The position numbers and the translations under genes were made by a program. Positions 1-52,487 of a stretch of 64,000 bases of DNA are shown here, piece by piece (positions within the stretch are counted from its first letter, which is position 1; each line of letters begins with the position of its first letter). The notes beneath the pieces were generated by a model. It had not been told where the DNA came from. It saw only the letters and a list, made by a program, of their open reading frames with translations, and ran no database searches. The DNA comes from Tubiluchus corallicola (Eukaryota > Animalia > Priapulida): the NCBI GenBank assembly GCA_030141605.1, contig JAQGDQ010000186.1, positions 186,001 through 250,000 of the forward strand, in the 5' to 3' direction.

Positions 1-767
1 ACAGTAGGTCTTTAAGTGACTGTTTTTTTTTCGTTGTTTTTGGGCACTTATTCTTTAGGCAAATTTATGTTTCAATTTAATTTTTTTTAATGTAGTTATC
101 CATCGAGTCTCTGTGATAGCGAGTGCTTTTAATTATTCATTTTTGTTTGACACGGTGGTGTATAACAACGTAAGTCATCTTATGTAATGCACAATCTGTT
201 TTTGCAATGCCTATAATAGGTTAATTCTTCCTGTGAGGATTATTAAGGTGCAGAACAGTGGCTGTGTCATCAAAGCAATGTAGCAGACAGTGTGTTAAAA
301 CTGAATTGTTAAAGCTGGCTTGATTCTGTGCATGTAGAGAGCATCACTAACATCCTTAATTTGCTTGTGGTAACAAACAGGTAACTTCAACTGTGTTATT
401 TTACTTTGAAAAATGGGAACAGCACCCGATATAGCAGCATTTTCTTAACCATAAATTAATAATATTAGGTACATGTTCTAATAATTGTATGAATTACTAG
501 TCAAAATAAAATTTTGCATTAATCAGTCAGAATTCTGTGTACTAGGGTTTCAGTACATCACAGTCTTGGTTTGATTTTTATCCGGTTTGATCCGGTTTGC
601 TAAGAAAACGTGATGTTACATATTGTCAACTGGCTTGTCAAGGACAAATATAAGTGAATTGAGGCAAAAAAAATCAGCTCTTTACTCTTGCATTTTTGGT
701 TTGAAATTTGCATTTTGTCATTTGATTTGTGCAAAAAAGGTGACATATCTATGTAATACATTAAATT

Positions 768-817
768 TTTATTACATTACAGCTTGTGCTTATTTCATTC
801 ACTTAGAGCATTTTATT
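768..817 (-). promoter_or_regulatory. Candidate polyadenylation signals of the GBD/FH3 gene
   Basis: Minus-strand AATAAA at 817-812 and 773-768, about 600 nt after the stop codon. The hexamer is frequent in AT-rich DNA. Confidence 0.3.
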
Positions 818-1407
818 TATAATATTAGACATGTCTTTGTAAAGAACATCTATTTTTCCATTTATGGGAAACAATCTTTTACATAACCTTCATTTCATGG
901 ACAATTTTGTCTAAACATGTGGTAAATCAGTGGCACAATGAAATACATTGTGCAGTGTACATGAGAGTAGCATTTGTAAGCAGAATATACCAATTGTAGT
1001 CAGTCTTGCACACTATGAGGGTATACAGTACATCGTTTAATTACTGTAATTTACTAAAATTGGTAATAGTATGATACATAGTATTGAGAAATATATATTA
1101 CTCTTGTTAGCAAATACATGAATAAAATATTGTATGAATAAACTATTTGCATAATCTAGTTTTCACAAAAACAAAACATAGCTTGAGCTAAACAATACTA
1201 TACACTGTACATCTGCATTGTAACAACTATTACTAAATAATTGGCATCCACTACTTAAAACACTGTGATCATACTTTTGCAGTAATGTGGAGCATTGTAA
1301 AAACAGTTAATCTAGAAAATTTTATAGAGTTGCAAGTGTGTAAAGATTTTAAAACTATCACTGAAAAAACACTTTTTGATAAATAATTTTTACATGATTA
1401 ATTAATG

Positions 1408-38767
<37,360 letters not shown>

Positions 38768-40075
38768 TTTGTTCTGAAACGCAAGCAAAAACATGAAAAA
38801 ACGCTGCTTATTGTTGCACTTTTTATAGCATACGCCCAAGTGTAAGGACAAAAACCCGACCAGGTAAACTACCACAACTGTCCAGATTTACCAGGCATCG
38901 TCGAAACTTGAAGCGTCCCAAAATAATTTCAATAGTTAAACGTTAATTTATCGAGATAGATCCGCGAAATGTGTAAATGTTTGACGTAGCCAATTTCGGC
39001 ATCTCATACAAGTTAGACAGGTATTTATTATCTGCAGTTGTAGCCGCAATTCCATAATTTTTATGTAGGTTGATAAAAATATTCTGATTTCAAATGCATA
39101 CATAAAACGTCAATAAAAGCAAGACGACAGAAAATCTGACCTACGTGATAGAATAAGCAATAGTCGCCTTTACTATTAATGCCAAAATCTCCTTGAATCC
39201 CAGAGAGTATAACACCCATACCATACAAATTCGCAGTTAATTCCTATATAGCACACAAGACACAAAGTGAGGCTGATTCATTCTCTAAATGATCTGCTGT
39301 CGTAGTGTCCACACAGGTAACATGATGACTTGATTAACGTGGTGGGAGAGCTGACACTTTTTCCTCAATACTCATCATTCGGAACAATTACACCTTAGCG
39401 TCCAGCATTTAATTTACCGAATAACTGTGCTACCTATGGTTATTTAAGCCGTAATTGCAATGTAAAACCAGTAGCAAGCAAAATTACGCTCAGCTGACAT
39501 AGGCAGGGATTCACAACATTTAAGGGGAACAACATCTAACTTGCTATAGTTTGAAGTTACAGGTGGAATGCTTTACATAACATTGAATGCTCAACACGTG
39601 AAGACGCAAGGCTAGCTTGCACTCGTACGTTCGCCCAAACTTAAAATTTGCAAGTTTTAATATGCATATACAATAACTTAAAGAAAAAACATATACATTT
39701 ACAATTTTATGCAAAAGTAGAGAGGTCCATTTAGAAGAAAACCAAAGTTACATGAAGCGATAAAAGTAATAATAGCATAAGATGCGAACCAAAAGAAAAT
39801 AAGTTTGGAGTGAGTACAACATTGTTTCGAAGTTATTCCATAGGCCTATAAAAATAATACTACTAGAGAAGAATAGTTGAAAATGTTTGGTCTTCCAAAA
39901 GCCGGTATCCAGCACTATCGTGAGTTATCATATCGAGTAGATGTGGCATGACTAGAATTTATCTCTTTATCACACAGATAAGATATTTAACCGGGGCGGT
40001 CTTAGCAGCCATGATATAAAGATAGCATTAAATACACACTCCTTGAAATAAACCTGAATCAGAAGCGCCAAATTA

Positions 40076-40150
40076 TTTAACTAGCAGGTCTAGCATTGCT
40101 TAACTATGGTCGCTAAATGCACGCTGTGATCACTCAGCTATATTCTCGCC
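40076..40150 (-). mobile_element. 5S rRNA-related SINE-like relic, copy 2 (more decayed)
   Basis: Shares CTAGC..GCTTAACT...ATGCAC..TGT.ATCACTCAGCTAT with 31312-31373. Confidence 0.5.
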
Positions 40151-42061
40151 CTTAAGTTGGTTAAGTTAAAGAACCAGTGCATGTTGCAGTGCTTCCATGT
40201 TGCAGAAAAGCTATAAGAGAAAGACCTGCTTTCTGGGCGAAATAAGTTTTCCATTTCTTAAGACAGACGAGACAGGTCCATTCTTGTTTATTACCAGAAA
40301 CCTTACAAGAGTTACAAGCCGAATTACATCTTACAACGCACTTTTGTTTGGGATATCTAGTTTTACTCGTCCTTTAAACTTGGTAATGAGCCGACAAGAA
40401 GATTACACAAGCCATAACTACCTACGCCGAATCTATCATTCAGTAAAATCAGTTCTGGTAAAAACGTCGTGCAAGAAAGTGTGAAATTGTTATAAACTCC
40501 AAGGCCCGATTTTCAATCACTGCTATCTGTCAGAAAACCGATCCCTGCAACCGGTAACCCTTCTCTTTGTTATAAACCAATAAAGCATAAATCTGCCTTA
40601 ATATGTAGCCCAAACAGCAATATTACTTTTTTCGTTCACACCAGGAAAATGAATACTTTCCGCTTAATGCCGTTTACTTATCTTGATAAAAATTTACTTT
40701 CCTTTAATAGCTGAATTCCTGTTTTTAGGTGCTTTATTTACCGTCCATTGGCATTTTCCGGAAATAGCAACACTATTACAGATAATTACAAATGGTTTCA
40801 CGTGTATTAATCTTAAGTGCATTTTATTAATACCACCGATTGTGGAACTTTAATAAATCTAAAACAGGTTTGGTTTTTTTACACAACACCGAACACTCTT
40901 GTGTCGGGCCAACAATTGAGGTTTTAGAAAGCTCCCAATTATCACAGCGCAGTACTAAAGGTTCCACAAAAACACCAACAGATTATTATTTTTCTAAGAT
41001 TAAACTTTGCCTAATAAAATTATTATACATAAGCTTGCTTAACAAAATTTAGGAATTTTTAAAATAACCTATTTGCTGTTTTCTCATTTTCGTTTTAGAA
41101 CAAATCGTTAGGACTCAATAAAAATATAACTATGTTGTACACTGTCTTATATATGCAAGTTCTCTGTCCATTTTAGCAACGAATCGTATTCTAACTAGTC
41201 TTGACAACTGCAATTGAAGAACTGGTGAATTAAAACTTTAGTTACTGATCTAAATATAGACCTCTAAGGCATAGAAGACATTAATTAAAAAGCCTTTTAA
41301 TTTAATGTAATTTTCACAGTTTATATTTGCAGTACACAGTGTTTGCATCTACATCATTCCCAATAAATGCTTCAGTGACTTAGAAAAAGAAAATCATTAT
41401 TTATACACAAACAAATTACCTGTCAAAATAATTAACGTACCCCCATTAAATCGTTAGCAGAACAGTTATTTGTTAGGAAGAACTAAGCCCATGGCTTTTT
41501 ATCAAGGTTGTCAAGTGACAGCGTTACTTCGCATAGCTCGTGAGTTAGAACGTGCGAACTAATAGAAATTCTAATATGTTACTATATTTTCATGTTTTTG
41601 AAAATTATTTTTAAGAATTCTTTTTGTTTAGTGTTTTCTTTAGGAGACATACAATTCTGCCGTTTACTTTAACTTAAACCCTGTTTACACCAGTCAGAAA
41701 GTACTCTACAATGTGTACTTTATAGATCTAGATCTAATGTAAAGAGTCGCACGACCACTGAAGGTACTATATTTTCCGCAACATCCTTGTAAGCTCAGAA
41801 GATCTACATAACAAAAATATGGATATTTATTTTAGTGCAAACAGACTATATACATGCTCCATCTTTTTCTACGCGCTCCTACGTAGTCTAGCAGTCTAAG
41901 ATATCTCCTTATAAGCAGAAAATCCCTGGTATAAACGTAGGCTGCGTTCCAACTTTGTAAGCTTCCTGTTTTTCAAGTGTGGTTTCAAAATTTAATTAAA
42001 TGTGGGTTTGGTTTGTCATTAGTATTAATCTTGATATTAGGATTATAAATTATACTACAGA

Positions 42062-42353
42062 CGTAGACGTACGAGCCAGGGGGCTGAGGGCTGCAGCCCC
42101 CCCCCCACGGATTAGGGCAAACACATCATTTTCGGGTACAAGTCAAATGATGAAAAAAAAATAAAATGATATTTTTCATAAAAAGAAATCTCGAAATTGC
42201 TACATGCCGCCAAATGAAGTGCCCGAAATCCGGGCATTTTTTTGATCATGAGGTTGGGTGAGACAATTTTCGTCTCGAGGTTGACCCCGAATTTTTCAGG
42301 CAAAAATGGCTCTGCCCCCCCCCCCCCCGGAAAAATCGGCCGGTACGCCTATG
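42062..42353. mobile_element. hAT-type non-autonomous DNA transposon (MITE), 292 bp
   Basis: 16-bp imperfect TIRs CGTAGACGTACGAGCC / GGCCGGTACGCCTATG (12/16), GC-rich subterminal C tracts, and an 8-bp TSD ACTACAGA (42054-42061) / AATACAGA (42354-42361), 7/8 match. Confidence 0.75.
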
Positions 42354-45300
42354 AATACAGAGTAGTTTTTAAGTGGCAAAATGATTTATCGTGGTCGTCG
42401 TCCTGATTGCTGACCTTTTTATTCTTTATGCTACTAAAATGAGTAAATTCCTCTACAAAAACAACCTGTGTATAGTATTAAAACTAATACTGACCCAATA
42501 ATCGAAACAGCAGGTAAGTCCAATCTTAAGAGCTTGTTTTGCACGAATAATTGTTTCTAAAAAGACAGACGTGGGCACTTCCATTATGCCGCCTTGTCAG
42601 CTGTTACACTTGTCTCTCCGGCCAGCGGCATTTTAGGATGATTAAGAAACTAAACAAATTGTTCAGCGAAATCGACCCCACTGTCGTCCCCTCAATCTTT
42701 TGCACTCTTTTTTTAGTTAGCTAAACAAGTAAATGAGTAGAATGAGAATCGCTTTATTTTGCACACACTGATAGTAACAGCACTATACCAAGATACAACA
42801 ATAGAAAATAGAATGCCAAATGCGAGGGCAACATACGTTCATACAGTCCTGTACATGTTGCCCTTGTTCTAATATTTTAGAATATGTCGTAATTGTACGG
42901 TGATAAAAACTAATCTTGATACAAGAAAGAATGTAATTAAGTTAGTGCAGAAATTGCCACATTTTATACTTGGGATTGTAAGTACATCTTTGAATATTTA
43001 TAAAAATATTAAAAATAAAGTATAACAATTAAATAGGTCTATTCTAGTGCTGGCTTTTTCATTAGCTACTGTAAAGGTATTGAACTGGTTTATTGAGATG
43101 GTTCATTGATTCATTTCTCGCTTAACGCCAGATTTTTTTTTCAAAAGAACTAAACGAAGACAGGTGCAGCCTTTTAAACGAGACAAAGAATTATTTGTAC
43201 ACATGCGCATGCAGCTAAGCAGGATGATCATTATAATTTAAACAGGCATCACAGGTAGTAAGTAATCACAGGTAATCAATGACTGAACGCCATATGCAGC
43301 TATTACAGCTGGAGTACAACTAAACTCATCATTTGTAACCATGCACTCACTCTATTAACGGTACTGTATCAGAACAATGGATAGTTCACTAAATGCATAA
43401 ATAGCAAGCATTTTTGTGGCAGCGAAAGTGAATTTAACAATCAATAATGATATAGCTGACTGACTAGAAATCTTTAGATACAATGCTTCTACGTAATGAG
43501 ATCAAAGTGGGTTTTGGCTATACACTGTGGGATGTATATTCATTAACAAGAAACGAAAAAAGTTAATGAGATATGACACACGAACTACAGTAAACATTTA
43601 ACAGCCATAGCAGAAATTACTTTTTAAATTTTCTTCTGCATTTGATTTTGAAATTGTAATATTTTACTAACACGGTTCTCGAAAGTGCTAGGCAAAAATA
43701 TTTAACTTACTGTGAGCTTATATTTTAGCGCGTATAAGAAACATATGATAACTTGATTACGCCTGCTATGATAATTAGTTAGGCCCTAACAAATTGTTTT
43801 AAAATTTTGTTATTGAAAAACAAAACAGCTGTTTAAAAAGGATGCATTAATTTTTCGTTACAAATTATAAACTGATAATTTATCCTCGTGCATGATTCAC
43901 ACTAACTAACAAATTATATTCGTCGGGATAACTAATGTGATACAAAATTATTAAAACAAAAAATAAACTACACTCGTACACCATCTACATGTTTTGCAAA
44001 AAAGAGTTGCACTAATCCTTGAAATACTGCCTGACTAGATCACATTTCGAGAACGATCACGCTACGGATACCAAAATGAAAGTCAAGACAATAAACAACT
44101 GCACAATGTAGGTTAGGTTGTGTATAATTATATACTCATGGAACAATAACAAAGTTTGTTGCGTGCCTGAAAACAGGACTTCACTACTATTTCTGATTTC
44201 TTAAATATATGTGTATATCATGCATTAATTATAGAGTATCTTGGCAAACTTTCTAATGTGACCTTCTTTGAATTACACCACCAGTACCGCATTTTCTGTA
44301 AACGCGACATGTAAATCTGAGACGCTTGTTTCAAATTTCCTTTTTGAAGCATAAAAATGTCTTTTTGAGCATATACAAGACCCAAAAAAACGAAAAACCG
44401 AGTTTGCTTTTTAGGTTAGCAAAACATTCAAATGAATAATTATACTGTAGCCCTGTTAATTATGAATCCATTTCTTGTTTTAAAGCTGCAACACCTCGAA
44501 GATGGTCATTGATAATTTCAACTTAATGAATAAAAATTCAAATGGCTTTAAAGTTTTCGAATTAACAAATAGCTAACGTGCAAATCTTGTTAATTACAGT
44601 AGCTGTACATATAGCTGCCTCCAATTACAAACTCGCAAAAATTAAAAATGGCTGGGCCTGCCTTCTCGAAAATTCTAATAAGCCCTGCCAGACAGAGAAC
44701 TAGAAGAGCGTTTTGGCCAGAGCCTCACTTCACTCTTTACGTGGCAGATTAGAAATGACGCCAATGACGTCATGTTGAATTTAAAATGGTAAATCGAAAA
44801 TCCGACTTTCAATTGATGCAGATCAGTCGACGCAGAGAATTCATTCTGAATTTTCCTATCGATCTGTTGCGAACTTACGAATCTTCAGCCTTTTCTGTAA
44901 GACAATATTATTGCTGCCATTTAGAACTCAAGATGACAGATCAAAAATGCGACTCAATCATCGCAACATATAAGTAGGCCTACACAATGAAATACATAAA
45001 CAAATATATTAAATTTTAGTTAAAAAATTAGCTTAACTCGTGTTTATTGGGCCTTCTGACTGTTTATTAGATATTATAATTATTGCATGTGCACCGTGAA
45101 TATGTGGTTTATTTTACAGAAGTTCCAAATTAGTTTTAATTCTTATTTCAAAAAAGTCCCTCATTCTTTAAATGTGTTATAGAATATTTGGCAACATTTT
45201 TGCACTGGGATATACTGCACACATATATGCGCACACACTGCTCGCACATATCTAAATGTACTGCGAATTCTATAAGCTAGATTTGAGAGAAGCATCTTGT

Positions 45301-48300
45301 GCCGAAACAACTTGGGCTTGGTTTCAAAACATCAATGCACAGCGGTGATGACAGGTTAGTAATGCATTGAAATGGGTGGCGGAAGTCAGAAGCCACGTAC
45401 GATATCTGAAAATGTCTGGGTCTCATTTGAGCTCTACAAACCTGTGATGTTTTATTGAATTACTAAACTGGGCCAGTGGGCCTGTTTGTAAAGAGGGAGT
45501 CAAAGTGTGAACTGACAATAATATCTATTAACTTTATATGGGAAGTATGTGCCTGAAGACTTGGAGAAGTAACTTTCCATTAACACGTAAATCGTCACAC
45601 AGTACTGGTCTGGGATTTATTGTTTGTCCTGAGGCAAAAATAATTTTGAAAATTAAGGTGTGCGCATGTACACTTCAGGTAATTTTGAAAATTATAGACA
45701 TTTCAAAAATTATAACTGCGAACAAGTATAATGAGTAAGTCTATAATTTTAGGCATACGTTCCACGACATATTTGGACTGCTGAACCACAGACAAAAGTT
45801 TTAGCTTGATCGTTAAGAGGAATTATATTATGCAATATATACGCTTAGATGTGTACACATTCAGCCATCGTGATTTTTTGTTTTGTTTTCAATGCTTTGA
45901 AGCTACAATAATTAAGTAAAATTCTCCACTGATTAGCAAGGTATAAGGATATCAAAACATCATGATATATATATATATGATATGCAAAGCAGTCTATGAT
46001 TAAGTCTATTATCTATTTTAATAGAAGTCAATGTCTCCTCTTGGCTTTGGTATGATCAGTATCATTATCAGGGGTTACAAATAGTAATCTTGGCACTAGA
46101 GAAATTCTCTTTCAGCAAAACTTCATGCAGAAGATTGAGCTTTTAACATTTTTGCAAAAATACATGTTTGGCTGCAAGTTTACCATTTTAAATTTACTAT
46201 TGTAAAGTGCTAATTCCTTGCTGTCTATCGCCTCAAACTCTCTTTCACTCCACGTAAAAGATAACGTTTTATTTTAAGCTAAGTTAAATATCGTGTAAAT
46301 TCCTTCTATTATGCTATTGTGAGTAGTTAAAAATAGATGACTAACGTGGCTGTTTAAAGTCAACGAAAATGGATTCCAATGTAGTTCATCGCATTGTGTC
46401 TAGCCTTGCTAAGCCTTAGTTAGTTTTCTGAGTATACATTAGCAGTCAGAATAACAAGGTTCGTGCACATCTTACTGGTCGTACAACTTCCGTGCAGAGT
46501 TTTTTCTTTGTCATATCACGCTTTTCCGAATCTAGTCAAGACATTTGGCACTTTTTTAAAACTAATTGGAGATTACCCGACAAAAGTATTTAAAAAATAC
46601 TGAACGCTTGTAAGTGGGCACGTCCAATTATTTAAAAATTAAGCATCATTGGAAGTCAACGAGCGCTCACACACCTTACAGTATTAAGCTTCTTGCACAT
46701 CTTAATGCTTGTGGACTGACCGTGCCCAGTTTTTTGTCAAATCACGTTTTAGTAAAATTAGTCAAAATAACGGCCAAGATCGTTAAGACAATAAACACTT
46801 TTAGAAGTGGAAGGTCTAATATATAAGAATTAAGGTTCTTAGTTCAACGTACAGCTGTGTGCTCGATATAAGCGTTTTTTCATAGGTTACGGTATTTGAA
46901 GAATATGTAATACAGTCATGACATACACGAAAGTATACAAAATTTTGTTCTTCGCTAAAATCTGGTCCCCTGCATTCAGCAAAAACACTGTTACAGTAAC
47001 TATTACAACACACACACAGAGAACTTGATTCTCATACTCACATATTTATTAACAACTAAGAAAGTCTGAGATTTATCAATAATTCTAGACATCAAGTGTG
47101 TTATTGATTTATGTCAATTACATGTGATAAACCATTAGAAATAGATTAAAAACACAATACAATTCCACGGCGCGAACTAAATTTTAGAAGGTAGAACAAG
47201 CTGAACAACCGCTACCTGAGAAGAGAAAAGTTCGTTTATGGGCGCAGTCACCCATCTGATTTAAAAAAACTACGAGCGTTTCACTCGTTCTGTAGATTTA
47301 AGAAACTAATTACTTTCTTCTAAAAATAACCTGTAGCTTTTACAAACTTTTTCCAATGTTTGCAACTATAAAAAAGCAAAATTGTAATTGTACTAAGTCT
47401 TAATTTCAATAGCCCTTTTGTATATGGTTTTAATAACGTACCAAGTGCCAATGGTTAGAATTCGAAATAAAACGACATTGTTTTCAGAATTGTACATTCA
47501 GCTGATATAATAACTATTTATTTTGGTTCATTATTAATCGTGCCTCATGTAATCAGTATACAAAATTTTGGTGAAAGTTTGAAGGATAAAAAGCCGAAAA
47601 ATGATAACGGCCACTTAACTTTAGATACAAGTTCGGTTTGAATGAATTCAGGAACAAATCTTTAAACATGATTCGGATATAGTGCAGCACGGTTGGTTTT
47701 TTGAGACCTTATATTCGACTAACTTACAAAGTGGATAATTACAAGGAACCAACCTAACGCCAAAGCCTGTCCGTGTAAATACAATGCTAGAAAGAAAACA
47801 CTGTGATTATAATTATGCTGTCGTGCACCCATCAAAAAAGTGTTCTACAACTTGATAGTGGGGTAAAAAATATCCGCTAACGATCAGCTTTGTGGTATCA
47901 TTTACAGACTGTAAATGGTTGCCTAATAGTCGAAAGAATTTACTTGAAATTATTGCAAGTTATTGACACATGACTTTCGCAAATCAAAATTTGTTGCTTA
48001 TATATTTTTCCAGCTTAGCTGCGAAGGGGTGTTACTGTTGCTCCTCGATCCACCCTCACCAAAGCTAATCAGAGCCTTGAGCACTCTGAAAAGCTAAGAA
48101 TTAGCAAATAGATCAGTGGTTACTTAACAACATAAAAAATCACTTTGTCAACAAATGGTTCAGCTCTGTTCTGAAGTGGTACCAACACAATTATCATTCG
48201 AGGACGCAAAGCGATCCATATTCTTCGGAAACTGATAGGGGTGGTTAAAAATTACTTTAAACTCAATCAATATTAATCACTATCACGATTGCTTTAATTA

Positions 48301-51030
48301 TTAGTAGTTAAAATAGCTGTAATGGATTTAGCATTAATTGTCCTACAAGTGTTGCAACAATTCTTTCCTCATTTGGAAGAAAATCAACAAGTCATTCATT
48401 GTTTTAGAGTCTGGTACTGGATAGCTGAAATTATGAATTTAGTAATGTCCGGACTACATGTAAACGTGAAATAACCCGCATTTATGAAGAGTTAAGCCTT
48501 AAAAAATTTAACTCTAATCCTACCTACAAGAGCCTTGCATTAAACCGTTTTACTGATAACAGAAATAAATCAACACAATTTCACCCGCTTCCTTTTGTTG
48601 AACCAATTAAATAAAATCTTAAACTTCACCGAAAGTGAATAAAATAACATCATGCGTGACATTTATTGATATAAATCCACTCTTTAAAGCACGATAAATC
48701 GCGCAACTAATTAAGAATACATGAAAATCGAACAATGCATTTATTAAGTGATTAAATTCTTCAATGCTTGGTACAAACACTCAATAATAGTCATTGCATG
48801 AATGAAGGGCTGGGTCAAGTACAAATATATTTTGTTGTCGTCTATTTGGAGCGTGATGATATTACATTTATTTTGGATTTAATGTTACTCACGTATAGGA
48901 AAGTTTCATGAAATATATTGATAAAAATTTTTGGAAATCGGAAATTCTTTATTACTGCTTTTACCTAAATTGATAACAGTGGGAAACTGTACTAGTTTAC
49001 CTATACACATGAGTTTAACAAGCAACTCATATTAAATAAAACATATATAAGCTAATGCCTCTTTGGAAGACTAGTCTTGTAGCTGACTTGATATACTACA
49101 ATAATGTCTGCAACGCCCGTTAGACGTTTTCAAGCATACTAATATAACAAAAGCCGCCCTCATAGCAGCCGCTACTTCTACAAACACCTTAACTCTCAAC
49201 TCTTAATAGCTTAACTATCAATCAATCCGACAATGCCATGCGCAGCTAACAACAAAATGCCTTGGACAGTTATTGCACGGCAAGTTAGCAGCAGCAGCAG
49301 CAGCAGCAGCACCATCACCCCAAACCATCCCATCTTGTAAATTAATGCATGCGAATTACAAAGGTGCTGAGAAGAAATAGAGGAGCTACCAGAAACGTGG
49401 TCGACTCGTGAGATCATCGTCTCATAGCAAGTGGAGGCAATGAAAAAGAGCGTATGTTGGCTGAATAGGCCTGTAATCATTTTCCGCAGTACTAGTTTGT
49501 AACGTGTTAAAAACAACATTCCAATAGAACAGACTAGCATTCATTCAATACTTGCAAACTTTCAGATTTTAATGAAATACCTGTTTGACATACTTTTGCA
49601 TAACATGCCAATTTCAACCAATAATTAAACAGGCTGCGTTTCATTAATTCGAAGATATAGTCAACCTAATTATGTCTGATGTCAAAATACTTCAAAGCGA
49701 ACATCTTACTTTTTGAATTAGATTTTTGCTCATATTTCATTATTTACCTGCTCATTATCATTGCAAAACGTCATTATTATTCATGCAGATACAGATATCA
49801 TGCACAACCAAAGACGACGTTCTATCTAACAGTGTCTATCTAAATCAAGGACGATATTAATAATAACCAAATTAATTTAATATCAACAAAAAAAGTTAAA
49901 ATAAAACACTAAATAGGTAAGAATCAAAATCATCCAGCAATTAAGTAAAGTGTGTGTTAATTTTATTAAGCGCTGAGAATTTTTGTGAAATAATTTGGTG
50001 AAATTTTGTCCAAGAATCCTGAACAAACTTAATCAGGAAGCTTTTTCAAAGCGGCTAGTATGCCACTCACAGCGTGTAATTTTGCCACGACGTGATACAA
50101 TTTTTTTTTAACTTTTGACGCATAAACAAGCAGACACAATGACTTCCTATAGGTTAAAATCTGTAGACACTCAAGCATGATCATAAAACAGATAATAGTA
50201 GCTAAACGTGCTTTTCGTCAACGCTGCTTGGCTAAACAAGGAAAGATAAGACAATAGTTAAGTTTTTTCTAAGGTCATGAAGGGCCAATGTGCATTTTAT
50301 GGTGAAATGTTAAACTTTACTGCACCGCCCTGTACTTTGTTAGGCTTGTTATGTTAATACGTCAAGGAGCCATCAATTAATGAAAAAGAGACCACTAAAA
50401 GAAGTAAAGTAGCATTCGTAAACATTGCTGAAACACTAATCCGGAATGCGAAGCATTGGGTAATTGGGTTTTCTGGCCCCAGTTGCCTGTATGTTGTTTA
50501 GAACACCATTAAAGCTTATCTTACACGGACAGGAAAAACATGAAACGAATCTGACGCCCATACATGCTAGAGAAAAACAAAAAATCTAGTTGGTTTTGCA
50601 AATCAAACACTGCTTGATATGCGAAACAAAAACAAGCGTCTTGCCTGTCGTTTCACGGAAAATATGGTGCCACAACCAACTAGACTGTGATTGAAGAAAA
50701 CGATTGCCTGTGCCGTAGTTGCTTGAGAATTCTGTTTTCCACGCGTTTTTTTTTTGTTTCTCCTTTTCGGTGGGCGGGACGTACCATCTGTGTGCGAATG
50801 CAACTGAGAAAACACGAAACGACTGCAAAATAAGTCGAAAAGCATTTATTTGGCGTTTTTTCTTAAACCGTGTGCACTTAACTTTATCGTTGCTATGGAA
50901 TCCATTTTGAGAAAATTTTATTTTTCATTTAGCATTGCCATAGAATTGTTTTTTATGTAAAAAATAGAAGACGAAGTTCCTCAATTGTAAAGCCGTAATA
51001 TAAAAATTGGCTAAAAAGTTATTACATTAA

Positions 51031-51043
51031 CACCACCACCACC

Positions 51044-51075
<32 letters not shown>

Positions 51076-51080
51076 CAACA
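51031..51080. repeat. Compound (CAC)n(CAA)n microsatellite
   Basis: Direct reading. Confidence 0.9.
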
Positions 51081-51713
51081 CGAACAGCTACAACAAAAAC
51101 AAAACAACAACGAGAATGAAAATATGTTTATAATGTCTATAGTCTTATATGGTGCTTCAAAACGCTGATAGTCAAAAGAATGACATTCAGAAGACATTCA
51201 AAACACTGAGCTCGTCCATATGTTCAGTTTTCACTGACGGTTACTTTCCACATAATTATATTTTGTTGAAGAAATGTCTTCACTTCTAACATAGCACCGC
51301 TTCGTTTTAGCGCTTGCTAAAACGGGAAATGGAAATAAACAAAGTGGTTTTGGCAAAGAAATGAAGCAAGAAATTACTATAAAAATATTCGCAAATTAAG
51401 AGCAGAAGTGCAAATGAATTTTTAAATTGTATTCGATAACATTAAGTATGATCGACTGCTAAGCAAATTTTCATCTTTATGTAATGCAGAAAACCGGGTT
51501 ATGAAAGCACTATAGTTTGCGCTTTTGCATGTTAGACACGGAGTGCAACTGCATTTCCCTGTGCAGCTTTAACTCTCCAGCTTCATATAATTACATCATA
51601 TATATTCAGATTCATATAGTCACAGAAATGTCTGCAATCATTCACTTACAAAGTATTATACAGTAGCTTTTTGTTGGTGACAAAGCGCGGTTTAGTACCA
51701 GCTGAAAATGGAA

Positions 51714-51825
<112 letters not shown>

Positions 51826-52390
51826 GGCTGTTCATTCCATGAGTGACGACCGACACTGCCGAATGTTAAGACTAGCTTGATATCATCAAACTTGAATGAC
51901 TTTCAAATTTCATTGTCATTCTCAGCGCCCACACGGTCCTTCAACACTAGACACTGACAGTGTTTTTAATTGACCGCGTCTGAATGGGTATCGCACAACC
52001 AAGCCAAAAACAGTAAAAATATAGCCTTAAATAAACGAAGTTTTGCATTTAATTACAAGCTTTTGTAAAGGCACTTGTAAAAGCAACGCCTACCAATACT
52101 TGAAATTTTAATAACCGCTACTGCAAAAAATTATCAATAGCACTATAACACATTTTGTCCTTCGCCCAACATAAAATACCTCAGTTGCTTTTTGGTTGTC
52201 ATTTAGATTACAAAGATAAGAGTTGGCATTTAGGGTACACGGAATTCGGGGTCTGTGTCATGTTATGACTTTCCCTGTTATGTGTTCACTGTTTCAAAAC
52301 ATCACTATGCACTATACGATATATCACTAGTACCGGACATGTGGCTCTGGTTAACTGTGTGCTACTAAGGTGAGAATTCGGACCAGCTCT

Positions 52391-52487
52391 GCCAGGTTGG
52401 CCCAGTTGCTTAAATGTTAGAGCACCTGTGTAAATGTTAGAGTGTCGTGTAAGCAGGAGGTTATGATTTCGAATCCTTGTTGGTCCA
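52391..52487 (+). pseudogene. Degenerate tRNA-like sequence (tRNA pseudogene or SINE head)
   Basis: A-box-like TGGCCCAGTTG, B-box-like TTTCGAATCC, ends in CCA. An internal duplication of TAAATGTTAGAG disrupts any cloverleaf. Confidence 0.45.

Noticed and set aside
44755-44775. CRE (TGACGTCA) next to CCAAT as the gene's promoter
   Set aside because: Short motifs are expected by chance; no TSS or first-exon evidence.
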